A stretch of 64,000 nt of DNA, taken from the NCBI RefSeq assembly GCF_018977255.1, contig NW_024704750.1, positions 9,548,001 through 9,612,000 on the forward strand, written 5' to 3'. A program made the translations under genes and the position numbers. The first letter of the stretch is position 1, and every line of letters starts with the position of its first letter. This document shows positions 35,901 to 48,970 of the stretch, piece by piece. A model generated the notes under the pieces. The model was not told the DNA's origin. It saw nothing but the letters and a program-made list of their open reading frames with translations, and ran no database searches. The stretch is from Callorhinchus milii (lineage: Eukaryota).

Positions 35901-36849
35901 TTTGGTTACATTTCTTTTCCACCATAATTACAGGTGTGACATTAGCAGGAGAGGTACCAGACCTTTGTGCCACAGCTTGGAATTCAGAGTCAATGATGAG
36001 ATGCCTACAAACGAAGCAACAGACGCCCATCAAAAGTTCATAAACATTTAAAGTTTACTTACTTTTTATAAGGACTGCAGTTCATTTTCTACCGAGTTCT
36101 GCCTGAAAATAGATGCCTTTGTTGGTTTAATGCAGTGTAGCGTTCTGCAGCGTTGCCATGGTGAATCAGCTGAGTGGGGGAAAGACTGTGCTTGTGTTGG
36201 GCTGTATTTCTTTCCTGAAACAATCATGGTAACCTAGCATTCGGCAGAAGAGTTTCAATAATCTGACTATGATTTCAAATATACTTTTTTTTATAATCGC
36301 CTCATAAAATTGTCACAATATACAGAAAATATGTGTTTGCACTCTTGACTGAATGTTAGCTTGTGAAATGTGTTCCCTGCTCATTTAACCATTATTTAGT
36401 TCCTAAGGGCATATTGTTAGGATTTACGGGACTCCAGTGTCTTTCTATACAATTTTCTATGGAGAAGTATGTTGTAAAGAGAGGATATTTTCATACTTTT
36501 TTTTCCTATCAGCAAGGAAAACCTAACTGGTGTACATCATACCAATGGCTAGGGTACATCGGAGAATGTAAATATGATGTCTTGTTATAATTGAATTTGT
36601 TTGACCACTCATCATTCTTATGTCCTCAGCACTTCATTTAGTGGTTTACCTGGATTTAAGATTTACTTTTAACATTATTTATTATTATGGATTTACTTTT
36701 AACATTAGTGTTAAATGACATGCTTCTTAGCTTACTAATGTTAAGTTTTCATCCTATGGAGAAGTATCTTCAGTACTGCATGGTGGTGGAGTGGGGGGTA
36801 ACTATTTTGGATGGGTAAGGAGGGATTTGTAAACAATTTGTAAACGAGT

Positions 36850-37240
36850 GAAAGGATCTTGAAATCGAACAGTTTGGTAATTGGGAGCCAGTGGAGCCTG
36901 TCAAAGACTGGGGTAATGGGGGCAAGGAGTTTTGAACGGGTGAGTATCCAGGCAGTGGAGTTTTCAGTTAGTTGAATTTTGGGTACAGTGGAGCTTGGGA
37001 GACCAGCGAGGAGGGCGTTGAAATAGTCCAGCAGGGAAATAGAGGGATTAGGGGATATGGGGATAGGACAGGTAATTAGGGTTAGTTCTGAGGATCAGCC
37101 ATGATCTTATCGAATGGCGGGGCAGACTCGAGGGGCCGAATGGCCTACTCCTGCTCCTAATTCTTATTAAATGACGAAGGCATGGACAAGAGTTTCGGCA
37201 GCTTTGGTAGTGGGGTATTGACGGAGGCGGTGAATGTAAA
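36850..37240 (-). mobile_element. L2 ORF2 C-terminal fragment, interrupted by a CR1 insertion
   Basis: Minus-strand translation with the insert removed: AAETLVHAFVIS-LLDYFNALLAGLPSST...ITPVFDRLHWLP, the typical L2 RT C-terminus. Confidence 0.8.
37041..37168 (+). mobile_element. CR1 LINE 3' end
   Basis: gatcagccatgatcttatcgaatggcggggcagactcgaggggccgaatggcctactcctgctcctaattcttat is a typical CR1 tail; aaat occurs on both sides. Confidence 0.85.
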
Positions 37241-39727
37241 TATTGTTGAACATGAAGACCCAGCTTTGGAAACATGTATCCTGGTTCTGTTTTTTAAAGT
37301 ACATTGACTATGCAGGTTATACAGTGTTATTCATATGTTTTATGTCTGCAGTACATACCATTGATATGCACCACAGCACAGTTTTAAATGAGAATACCAT
37401 TAAACTACTTGGGTCATTGTGTATATAAACTACATCCACTTAACAGTGGAGAGATGGAAATCAAATCAGCCTCATTTTTCTTATAAGGTTCACAATTTCT
37501 TCCACAACGATCGTTCAAACTGAAATAAATGTTACCAACATCTGGATTTCGGAGAAAGTTTGCATGCAATGCAGACAATACTTAAATTGAATTTAGTCTA
37601 AAGTGCATTGAAGCGTTGTTTGAGAATGTTGAAGTTTACAGATGGGGAACTCAGATTGCATTCAGTAATCAGGATCACTTTCTTTGTTTAAATACAAAAG
37701 CAAATTCTGGTGTTGTGTTACTTGCCTGGTAGTGCATACAGAATTGATATTTTTTTTCGTATGCCATGAACATTCAGAGATAGAATAACAAATCAGATTT
37801 TTCTTTTTCAAATCAGATCAGGCTGGGAGGAGCTGCAGGATGTTACTAATGTACAGTAAATTCTGCTGTATACTAAATTGAGAGCAATATCTTGAGGCTA
37901 TGTGTTCCCTTTTCAATTATTTCATAGAAAGTGAGACAGAGAGTTAACTATAATATGACAATCCATCACACTGAAATGCTTTTGAAAGAGCAAAGTGTGG
38001 AGAACTTAGTCAAAATTTAATGAACTTCTGGAAAAATACTAAATATTGAACCAGCACTTAGCAACAGCCACACCTTGCTGAGGGACATGTGCTCTGTTAC
38101 CTGCACTACCAACTCACGTAACAGAAGTAATTCAGTAAAGTACATTTGAATGCTGCAGGGCTTGGCTTCAGACTTGGTGTGCGGTTAATGTTTTGTACAC
38201 TGCATCTCAGAACCATGCTGGGCATTTGAAATCTGGAATTAGCAGTGTCAGTCACAATTGCTGCATGACTAGACTATCCCTAGTGCTATGTATAAGACAA
38301 AGAGACAAGAACGTTGCATAGGGATAACACCAGCTGAGTCTTGGAGACTTACAGCAGTTTGACATTGATACTGGAGAGGCTCCAGATTGGACATTTCGGC
38401 ACAAACAGTAAATTAAGTGATTGAGTGGCTTGAGAAAACTGAGAAAGGAGGGGGAAATAATTGCTTTGTTTAAATCTTGCTATGGAAATGACAGCAAAAA
38501 TGAAGGCAAATGCAATTTTGGCAGAAAAGCACAATATAAACAGATCTCTTGAAAAGGATCCCAGCAGAAATTTAAGATGGGAGTTCAACATAGTTCAGCA
38601 GTTCTTAATTTACATACTTGCAGAATTTTTGACTGAGCTCAAAGGGTTTGAACATTAATAATTTGAACAGTTCCAATCTGTTACCAGGAGCAGGCTCCAT
38701 CTTTGATTGGTGACATTACCCTGACTGATGACAATGATTTGAGCTTTGAGACAGAATAGAGCATGAGACCGAACTGAGTGCTGTTCTTCATGTTATTTCA
38801 TCATTGTACTTTGCTGACACCAAGCTGAGTAAAAGCACAAACATTATGGGTTAAATGTAAATGTGTTTGGCTTGTTAAAGGCTAGGCTAATAGTTTAGGT
38901 ATGAGGTTGTATGTATTGTGGGATATATATATTGTGAGAAGCCAATCCAAGTTGGACTGTTAGAAAACGTTTTAATTTATCAAATATTCATTCTGGCACT
39001 GTTTAACTGTAATTTGGGCTCATGGGAATACTGGAGCAGCAAAGCACATCTACGTAAATTTCTTTCATTTTCTACAAGTGAGTTGTGATGGTTGTTCCCT
39101 TCAGCATCGAGTTGACAAACTGCAGATAAATAAACAAATGCTTGATAAAAGCTGCCCTTGAAGCTGGTAAATAAATTATTTCCTTGTGAAGTCTTCACAG
39201 TTAGAGAAAAGCCCATAATAGTTTTTTATTTATATTTTAAAAAAAGAACTTGATGGGAATGAGCGCAGTTTAGAAAATGTATAATGGCCTCTTGATTGGC
39301 CACCATCCAAACTCCCAAAACACCAGAATATTGAGTTCATCTGGTATAAACTGAATGTTACTTGAATGAAAGGTAAATCCATGTGCCTGACATTTATAGG
39401 CGGCACTGAATTGAAGCTGAGCATGCATTGAAAGTGCTTTCTAAATCCAGGCAAAACTCGTATGGAGTTTAACTCTACAACTATAAGCTCAGTGTTTGTG
39501 TCTAAATTTAACACTGGACAACCAGCTTAATTTGTGTGAAAAGTACAACAATGAGAAATATTTTGACCTGGAGTATGACTACTTATTACGAGTACTGATC
39601 TTCCATTTCTGATAGCTCTATTTTTTTCTTGAAATCGATGTGGATTTGTTGTTGTTGCTTTCTGGTACTGAGCTTCTATGAAAACAGCCGCTGGTGGCAC
39701 AGAGGAACCTTCTCACACATTGCACCC

Positions 39728-40150
39728 TAATAATAATAATACTTGCATTTGGTATAGCACTTTATCACATCGGAAGGATATCTAACAGTGCATCACAGAA
39801 GTTGCTATGAATTGAAGTGAGTGTGTATTCGTGGGCAAACACGACAGCACAATTGTGCACAGCAATGTCCCACATGCAACCATGGAGTGAGTGATCAATT
39901 TTATTTAGGGATTGTTGGCCAAGACTCTAGGAGAAACTCTTTTCGAAGAAAACCGCACGATCTTTAACGTCCATCAGAACAGGTAAATGGGACTTCAGTT
40001 TAACATCTCATCTGAAGGACAGAACCTCCAACAAGGAAACACACCCCAACCGCTGCATTGGAGTTTCAGTTTAGACTATGTGAGTTCATGTCTCAACATG
40101 GGATTTGAATCCACAACCTTCTGACTGATAAAATTTAGCCACTGAGCCAA
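39728..40150 (-). mobile_element. DeuSINE-like (SacSINE1/AmnSINE1-type Deu domain) with tRNA head and L2 tail
   Basis: gatctttaacgtcca...gtttaacatctcatctgaaggacagaacctcc...ctgcattggagtttcag...gggatttgaatccacaaccttctgact...ccactgagcca resembles the recalled Deu-domain SINE consensus (reverse). Confidence 0.7.
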
Positions 40151-40299
40151 GCAGTGTAACCCTAAAGACACTCAGTTAATGCAGCCTTTTCAGACATGAG
40201 GGCACAGGAAAAGATCTTTATAATGTGTATATACACTCATATGTATGTGTGTCTTAGCTGGAGATAAATGAACTAGTATTGGAAAATATTTATAAGCCA

Positions 40300-40440
40300 T
40301 ACATTTGATGTAGCACATTTTCTATCAGTAGGGCATCTCAAAGTGCTTCACAGCATATACTGCAAAGTACATTGACTGTATATTTTGTAGGAGAATGTGG
40401 CAGCTGATTTATGCACACCAATATCCCACAAATTGTATTG
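40300..40440 (-). mobile_element. degraded SINE tail fragment
   Basis: catttgatgtagcac...catctcaaagtgcttcacagcatatactgcaaagt...gactgtatattttgt. Confidence 0.6.
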
Positions 40441-41019
40441 TTGACAAGCAAGCATAATGAGTTCACTAATCATTGCTATGAGGCATTTATTTGAAAGTTC
40501 CTTTGGAGAAGTGACAAAGTGGGCTAAGACTGAATGATATAGGGAGCTATTCTTTTGTACCGATATAGCAAATTTATTGGAGTTTCTCTTCAAGTTAATA
40601 GATTATTGGGATCAAACTAATGTATAATAGTACCTGCATTATTTACATTGAAAGGATTATTTTTAATTTTACAGTCTTCATTTTCTGTTCAGTTTGTTTT
40701 AAGGTTCCCACTGAACTGGCATTTTGAAGGCACAGCTATTATTTCTCCAGGCGGTTGGAAGCTCCAAGATGACTTCCTATTTGGTGTGAAAGGAGGCGAG
40801 CTGGATGTGCCTCAGTGATGGGAAGACCTATCAGAATTTGTCTCCTGGGATGAAGGACCAGCGTTGTGCTGGGGCAGAATACACAGAGAGGGATGTATCT
40901 GAAAAAGGGTAGAGTGAGCATGGGGAAGGCAGGGAAGAGTGGATGAGTGACTGGAGAAGTGACAATAATGGATCCAGAATTTGAACACAGAAGAATGGGG
41001 GGCGGGGGCTGGAGAAAGA

Positions 41020-41240
41020 CGCCAACAAAATTAAATTTTACAGCGCCTTTCAGGTCAGAAGGTACTAGACAGTTGGAGGGTTTTCTGGGGTTTGGAATTA
41101 GGGGTGGAGGATAGGTGGGGAGTGGGAGGGTGGTGGAAAGTACGATCTTGAACAAGGCAAGGGATTCTGGGATGGAATGGTGTTAATAAGTCTCAGAAGT
41201 GGGGAGGATCAAGGCTGTGGAGTGCTTTAAAAGTGAACAC
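41020..41240 (-). mobile_element. degraded L2 3' end
   Basis: acagcgcctttcaggtcagaagg tail motif with a purine-rich segment and ggatggaat, like the other L2 ends. Confidence 0.5.
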
Positions 41241-42173
41241 TTTTAAAGGATTTTAAACTTTTAAAAGAGTGTTAACAACTGGCCGAGGGAGTGAAGAACA
41301 CAGGAGGTTTTTGAGAAAAATGAGCGAAGGGAACTGTAGGAGTAGGGCAGCCATTGTGAAATGACCCTGGTTCTACCTCCTTTAAGCGCGAGTTATTATT
41401 CATTGCAGATTGTGGCAATTCTACACCATAACTGCTACAGAGTTTTAGCTTCCTTGTGTTTTTAATTATGTTTTGCTATGAAGGCAACACACCTAAGCAG
41501 CGCCTTGCACTGGTCTGTCAATTCCAGTTAGGAGAGTGAATGAGAACCTCAAGCTGAGTACCACATGCAGCCTATCTGGTTGGGACAAGGCTGACATCTT
41601 GATTATTTCTGGGAATATATCTGCGTACCAGTCTGCAAATGAAATATGTGTGACGCAGATGTGTTTTACTGTGCCCTTTTGAGGAAGTCAACCAAACGAA
41701 CAAGGGAAAATCCAACATCCAAATACAATCCCCACCCATCCACACCCCACAAGGCTTGTTACTTTCAGTTGCATTGTGACCACATTAGTTACAGGATTTT
41801 CAAGGCTTGTGAGAAAGTTATTGGAGATGGGGTGTGGGGGGGCGAGAGCCACATTTTGGATAAATGACTTTAAATAGTTTAAAATTAACCATTTTACATT
41901 AACTAGGGTTGTTGTTAGCTTGGGAGAGCAGAAGATGCAAGACATGCCGGTGTCGTGCATTGGATTTCACGGACCAAAGGCAAGGGAAGTAACAACTGGA
42001 GTACAGCAATATGATGTAATTGAAATGCAGAGATACAGCATTGGCAACAGTAAAAAGAGCGACTACAGCTGTATGCTGCAGGGAGAAAATTTCCTGTTCT
42101 GGTAAATCTTTCCATTCCCTGAACGTGCTCAGAGTCCTTTTTATGTGCATTAATTCCAAAAATTATTATTATT

Positions 42174-42384
42174 GGTTGTTAGTCAATTAGCGGATTGCTT
42201 TTCCGGGGATAATAATCCTAAAAAAAAATCACTCAATCAACGACTGTTTATTGGACACAGCTGTGTGAAATTGACTGCCTGCAAATATACAGCCAATTCA
42301 TTTTACAGTATATTCTGTGAAGCGCTTTGAGACGTCTCGATGACATGAAAAGCGCTATATCAAATTCAAGGATTATTATTATTA
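42174..42384 (+). mobile_element. 5'-truncated tRNA-derived SINE
   Basis: gttgttagtcaattagcggattgcttttccgggg...gtgaagcgctttgagacgtc...aaggattattattatt; (att)n on both sides. Confidence 0.85.
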
Positions 42385-42964
42385 AACAGTGGAAAAAGTG
42401 ACTTTTGCAGTTGCTTGACAATTGGAAGACTCCTGTTCAATTCTGTAGTTACCTGTCTGCTTTCTTGAAGATTGACCCTGGCCAATTATATCATCTGTTG
42501 ATATTTGAAAGGAAAAAATCAAAGGCAGCAACTACAATGACTGCTCCAGGCAGCACATGATGATAGTGACAATTTGGTACTCAGAAACTACTTAGGATGT
42601 CTCTTGCAGGCAGCTATTGACTGCTGGTCTGTGTCTATGAATGGTCCAGGAATCCCTATTCGAGTTCTCTGAAGATAAAACCGAACAAAGGAAAATCAAT
42701 GGATACCACAGCTTTAGTCTTTTAAGAAAGTCTCTTAGGAGAACATCTCTCTTATGTGACATTGAGCTGTCCTTTAAATGATAGTGTAGGAGGTCAAATG
42801 TAAATCACACAAGGTAAATTTATGAACAGGCAAGGAAGCCAGCTTTAGCAAGATGCGGTAATCTCTGACTTTCCAACTAGAGCACTACTTTTACAGTGAC
42901 CAAAATCCATTTGCATTTGTGTTGATGTGCCAAAAAAGCTCCCAAGCTCAGGTCAGAAACTCTG

Positions 42965-43027
42965 ACTGTCCAGTGCCTTGGGACGTCCACCCAATGTGAA
43001 AGGCACTATACAAATGTAATGTTGTTG
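42965..43027 (+). mobile_element. isolated L2 tail
   Basis: gtccagtgccttgggacgtcc...atgtgaaaggcactatacaaatgtaatgttgttg. Confidence 0.65.
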
Positions 43028-43296
43028 AAGTGATGAGCAATATTCCATTACCTCTACTATTGCTATTACATGACACCTACTCATTTCATTCAATCTTCAG
43101 GCTTTGATCTTAGGTTAAATAATCAGTGAAGCTTGTGATACTTAGGTAGTAGATTTGATTCTTCAGAATCTTTTAAGTAGATAGATTATTGGGATCAAAC
43201 ATGAGTCAGATACCAGCTTATAGCTACTCTAGGAATTTCAGAAATTTTTTTGTAATGTACCGTTCATCCAAAGTACAAGTGGAACAGATGTTCCGC

Positions 43297-43753
43297 TCCC
43301 CCACTCTTGCCCGACTCCACTGGCTCCCTATCCTTCAGAGGATCTAGTTCAAGATTCTGGTCTTCACATGCAAAGCCCTCCATGGCCTCACTCCACCCTA
43401 ACTCTGCGACCTCCTAACCCACTACCAACCCGCCCGTTGCCCCCACTCAGCTGGCTCTGGCCTGCTCCATGTCCCCTGACCCACCCGCCCCACCATTGGC
43501 GGGAGAGCCTTCAGCCACTCTGCCCCCAACCTCTGGAATTCCATGCCCCAGTCACTCCACCTTGCCCCCTCCTTAGCCTCCTTCAAATTCCATCTCAAGA
43601 CCCTCCTCTTCGACCATGCCATCGGCCACCCCCCTTTCCCTCCCCTCCCTTCCCCCTCCAACCCCAGCTCGGGTCTGAAATGCTAAACTCTGTCCAGCGC
43701 CTTGGGACTTCCTCCCGACTTGAAAGGCGCAATACAAATGTTGTTGTTGTTGT
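43297..43753 (+). mobile_element. L2 LINE ORF2 C-terminus plus 3'UTR
   Basis: LARLHWLP..RI*FKILVFTCKALHGL...IGGRAFSHSAPNLWNSMP...FKFHLKTLLFDHA with internal stops, then stem-loop and (gtt)n. Confidence 0.9.
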
Positions 43754-45049
43754 ATGCTGCTGGTGGATTTGAAAATACTTTATTGTGAAGTCAAAGTGCT
43801 ATTGGAGCAACTATTTTAAAAGCAGATTTGACTCCTGTTTTCCCAAGAGTTAGGTAATATAGTGGTGCTAAGCATCTGGCAACAGCTAACATTCAGTGTT
43901 TACTGGCAAGGGGTATTGATATGCAAATGAGATGGCATTCCCATCAGTGGGATGTTGGTGCCAGCAGTCTTCATTTGTCAGTTTGTCCCTTGCATAGTTC
44001 ATGATGTATCTGCTGTCAGTGGTTTTGTGCAGATGCTTCATTTTGGTGTCTCACCTCTTTCTGTGTCACCAGTTAGATCTGGTTTTAGGCCAGAGGTCAG
44101 TTGAGTTGGTTGCAGTTGCCCTCCTTCCAAATTATTGGAGATTTTAATTTCTTTGTGAATGTTTGGCTTTCATTGCATTACTTAGTCTGGTGGTCAATGC
44201 ACTTGGGTCTTAGTTTATATATTGTCTGATATCCTTGGCAGTGTTTCCTTGTAGCATGACTAAGTCTCTCAATGACTTAATGCGGTTCTCATTCCTTATC
44301 CTGGCCAAACAAATTGCCTGGGGATTAGTTGACTACATTCAGAAAAGCTCTGCCTGCTTTCTGTTCTTCACTTTTGTGAGTCTCTAAAGCTGTTGTTCTC
44401 TGGTCCGCTGTCACTAATAATATTTTCTTTGAGACTATTGGACACTCCCATTAGACACAGACAAGGTTGGTAAATATAAACTGACATATAAGGAAAGGAA
44501 ATTCATTAGACACACAAGTGCTAAATACATGTCCTATAGGTTATTGGTTAAAATGAATTCATTGTTACACAGATGGATTGCGGTGAATTCTGAATTTATA
44601 ACAGAAATGGCTTCTCCACACTTATGCATTATACAGGACATGCAGGCCAAAAAATGAGGACAAGAGTCAATAGTTTCAAGAATACAAGTTGAGTACATTT
44701 TGATCAAAGTAATCAGACATCAAGTGTTAAAATAAAAAAGGATGAAAACAGTGAAGAATCTAGGCAATGGTCAAAAACTTTCCAGCAGTGATCCAACACA
44801 TTTTAATCGTTGTTGCTGGGAAAGCTTGAATGGAATTCAAGACAAAGTAGCTTAATACCAATCAAAGATTTTATTCTTAACCTGTGGGGTCATCAACGAA
44901 TGGAACAAGAATGGTGGATGAGGCCAGGACACCAGACTCGTTTTCTTGCAAACATGCTGTGTTTTGTAAGTTGTGTCCACGTGGTGGTAAAGGAGACTGC
45001 TGAACTGGATGATGTATAATTGAAATTCGTTTGAATGCACAGGTCAAAG

Positions 45050-45262
45050 TTTTCCATTGACGGGTGGGCCTTCCGCCACTCTCCACCCATCCTCTGGAAC
45101 TCCATCCCGCAGTCCTTCCGTCTCTCCCCCTGTCTCGCCACCTTCAAGACCCACCTCAAGACCCTCCTCTTCGACCGTGCTTTCAATCTCTCTGCTTCCC
45201 CGCCTCCCCTCCCCCACCCCATTGAAAAGTGCTTTACAAATATAATTTTGTTGTTGTTGTTT
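45050..45262 (+). mobile_element. L2 LINE 3' fragment
   Basis: GWAFRHSPPILWNSIPQSFRLSPCLATFKTHLKTLLFDRAF followed by (gtt)n. Confidence 0.88.
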
Positions 45263-46283
45263 TCCAATCTGCTGCCAATTTATGTAGTGTCAATGATAAT
45301 ATTATTAAACCAGTGGCCAATGAACAGGCACATGCAATCGTGCAACACCATTGTAGAAAATATTTCTAAATGTCTCTACCACGATTCCAATTTGAATATC
45401 ATGTATTTAATAAATGTATTAGTTCATTTAGGCAGCTTGATTGAGTCATAGGTATATTTGGCTATGGTTGATCATGATTAACATTATTTAATGATGTACC
45501 AGAGCAGTAATAGGTGTTAATTGTAGTACCAGGTGTTGGTTGAAACCTCTATTAAGTGAGCAGCACAACACGCTCTGTTTAATATCCTGCTGTAGCTTTT
45601 ATAATTGATTCAAGGCAAGGTTTTATCTGCAAGAAAATATATCTGAAAGAAAATGGATTATAAACTGGGATTAGAAAAAAAATCTTTTGAAAGATAGTAA
45701 TGTTCCATGCACGGAATGGTTAGCACTTTTTTTGGCAAACCCACAATTTCTGGGCTGGAAAATGAAAGGAAGTAATCCAAGTTTGTCTCCTCGGTGGAAT
45801 CATGGAAAACAAATGCTGTGCATAGTGGAAATTAATGCTTAGCCATTTCCATGTGATTTGTAAAGTAATGAGTGAGTGCCTGTGTTTCGCACTTCTACTG
45901 CTGATGGAAAAATAATGTTTTTTTTTAACATATTACTTGGAGGCAGAGTTTCCACAGATTGCCTTGAATATTTTGAGGGAAAATGTTGTGTCTTAGTACT
46001 GTATCTGCTAGCTGTTAAAGATAATTACCTTAGTGATGAAAAACTGTCTGAAGGTTGTGTGACTAAGTGTGCTTTTCTCTTCTGCTTTATGTAAATGGTG
46101 CCCCTTATGGAGACTGGTTGGAAATACTTTGGTTGAGAGAAACTCACTCATAATGACGTTTTGTAGCGTTTTGTGACGTTAGTAGTATTAACAAGATTAT
46201 TATAATATTTTGACTTCATACGGATAATAAATAATCCACGCATTTTTGCAATACAATTGTTGCATTGTATTTGTATCCCATTT

Positions 46284-46534
46284 GGAATCCTGTAGCTTAG
46301 TAGTTAGAGCACTCACCCCACAGGCGAGAGGACCTTGGTTGATTCCTGGGCAAGGCAAAATGTTAGGCAAGTTTCCTTACTTCACACGCATCTGTTCACT
46401 TAGCAGTAAGTAGGAACCCTGTTGTTAGTCGATTGGCGGATCGCTTTTCCGGGGGTAATAATCCCTTTTTAAAAAAAAATGAAATGTCTCAGACGTGATA
46501 AGGCGCTATATCAAATGCAAGGATAATTATTATT
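46284..46534 (+). mobile_element. tRNA-derived SINE with internal deletion
   Basis: Head cctgtagcttagtagttagagcactc...gttgattcctgggc; tail gacgtgataaggcgctatatcaaatgcaaggataattattatt. Confidence 0.85.
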
Positions 46535-48527
46535 TTGTGATGGTCCTTCCTCAAAGGGATTGCATGTTTGGGACACTGAGATGCTTTCATTTGAGCATGT
46601 AATCTATTCACATTTATGGAAGGGGGAATGAAAAAGAAAAAAGAACACAGAACTACTGATTTGTAAGGGTCAGATTACAATTGCATCAGAGTTCCATTGA
46701 GAAAGTAAATGGTTCACTTCTTCCTCTCCATCCCCCGAAAAAAATTGCATTGTACATTGTGCTATAGTGAAGAATTCAAGGAAAATGTGTTAAGCCATGG
46801 AAGTAAATACAGCTGGAATTGGCAACAACACCCAACATTATGAATGATTTTATCTACGTAGAAGATAAAAACACAATATAATTAGAAAGTGGAAGTTTAT
46901 CTTGTGTTTGTTTTTACAGAGTATAACTAAGCCCCAAATGCTGCTGAAAGGTTTTCGCTTTTAGAAAAGAAATGTGTAGTTATAACAAATATATTTCCAA
47001 TAAAACGTATTGGAATGAAAATGCGTCCTGGCAGATTAACCTGTAGCTAACCAAACCCCATATGTCTTTATGTATTGACCTATTTTGAAGCTGTAAAATT
47101 AATGTCCTACAATGATAACTGTGTCTCAGTATCGTTGAATAATATGATGTGATATTCACCTATGTCAAAAATACTACAAGATTGGAAAAGTGATACCAGT
47201 TCAGTAGGGGGGTCCCGTCTTAGGGCTGTTAATTGTCCAAAGGAATAACTTGGAAAAAGGAACTAGATATCTGAGCCAAAGGCCATCTCTAGTCTTTGTA
47301 TTTTCATATGGTCATAACTAGTTGCTTCATATCTTGGCTACCAAACTGAAAATGTTGAATTCTCGACCCTCTCTCACCTTGGACACCAAGGTATACTTGA
47401 TGTTTACATTTGCCTTCCATTTAGTTCCAACTCAGTTTATTTAAGAAACACTTGCCCAGTAATACTCAACATCCTGTTTACAAGAATGTATTTTTGTTTG
47501 TAAACTCAATACATTTAAAATGGGGCACCACTGTTTACCTTCTCGTGCCTTGGATCAATTTGGACTTCAAAGAGCACATTTGTTATTGATGGTCCAGACA
47601 TCCTCCAAATACACAATTGAACCATTTTAAATTGGTATGTACATAAATACTTTAGGCTTAAACTGACATTAGATAACTTGGACGTGGTGAGATGTTGGAG
47701 CCTGCAAAGGAATTAGTCACGGGAATCTGTGAACATTTTGCTTTAGGAGAAAATATGTTTTTAAAATATTGATTGTAATATGACTAGCTTCCGGATATTT
47801 GTTTGGTGTACAGTGAGTTAATTGTTTAATGATTTGATTAAGGATGTTTTTGAAATAAAAAAATTGTATTAGACATTCATCGTAGTTTGGATAACGTTGG
47901 GAATCTTGAAGGATGGTGCACATTTCTACGTGCCAAGGTTCAATCCAGTAATGACTATGTTGAGCTCCTATACAACTGCAAGTGATTACTTGTACATGCC
48001 TTTAGGTAATTGTAGCCACTCCCTACAATAAACCGCTTGTCAATTCTAATTTTCTCATTTCTCATTTCTAATTATTAATATCTGAATCAAGTGTTTTATA
48101 TACCGCACTTATAGACTTATGGTTAGTCTGAGGGACCACAAATGTGAACATTGTATACACAAACTCATTTTACCTTGCCAAGTTTTTTTTGATCTAGAAT
48201 TTGGTTCATACCTGATTAAAATTTCAGCTTTCACTGCAAGAAAAGGTGATTCTTTTCTGCCATCAAAGAAAAGGTGTTTATAAGTGTTCTTCCATGCTTT
48301 AGGATTTTTACTGTTGACTGTAAAGTGGAGTTATCAAGATGAGCTTGAATACAAGAGTGCAATGAGACTTTAATCCTTGGATTTTTTGCATTTTATATAG
48401 TGCCCTATCATAGGGGTGAGAGGCGTGTGGTTGGGTGTGGTGTATTATGGGTGCAAAAAGGTTATTGAGTAGATTTGAGGGACATTGCATCCAATAAACA
48501 TTCTGGAAGTGAATAATTCATAAAATT

Positions 48528-48600
48528 ACACAGAATTATCTAGACTGTACAGCACTGAAACGGGTCATTCAGTCCAACTAGTTTGGGCAGTTTTTATACT
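48528..48600 (-). mobile_element. degraded CR1 3' end
   Basis: tacagcactgaaacgggtcattcagtccaac is the reverse of a CR1-type tail. Confidence 0.45.
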
Positions 48601-48799
48601 CCAGATGAGCTTCCGCTTCCATCTGTCCCCACTAACCACACCCCACCTAACTCCCCTTCCAAACCCCCTATTACCTTCCTGTAGTTACATATATTTTGTA
48701 AAGTATAATTGCATTCACAGCCTTGTAACAGCTATTGTGAATATTTTAAAGAAACCTTCTAATTAGTGTGCTATAATCTTTTCAGTGAATTTGACTAAC

Positions 48800-48970
48800 A
48801 AACAACAAATGACATTTGTATAGTGCCTTTCACATTTGGGGGCATCCGAAGACGCTAGACAGTCAAGGATTTTCACCCAATGTAGGGGTTGGGTTCAGGC
48901 AGGGCGGAGGGCAGGGAGAGTAGGGGTTAGGAAGGTGACCGAAAGCGCGGTCGAAGAGGAAGGTCTTGAG
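48800..48970 (-). mobile_element. L2 3' end fragment
   Basis: aacaacaaatgacatttgtatagtgcctttcaca...gcggtcgaagaggaaggtcttgag (reverse encodes LKTFLFDRAF). Confidence 0.75.

Noticed and set aside
43368-43772. Proline-rich 134-aa ORF
   Set aside because: Alternative frame of an L2 fragment.
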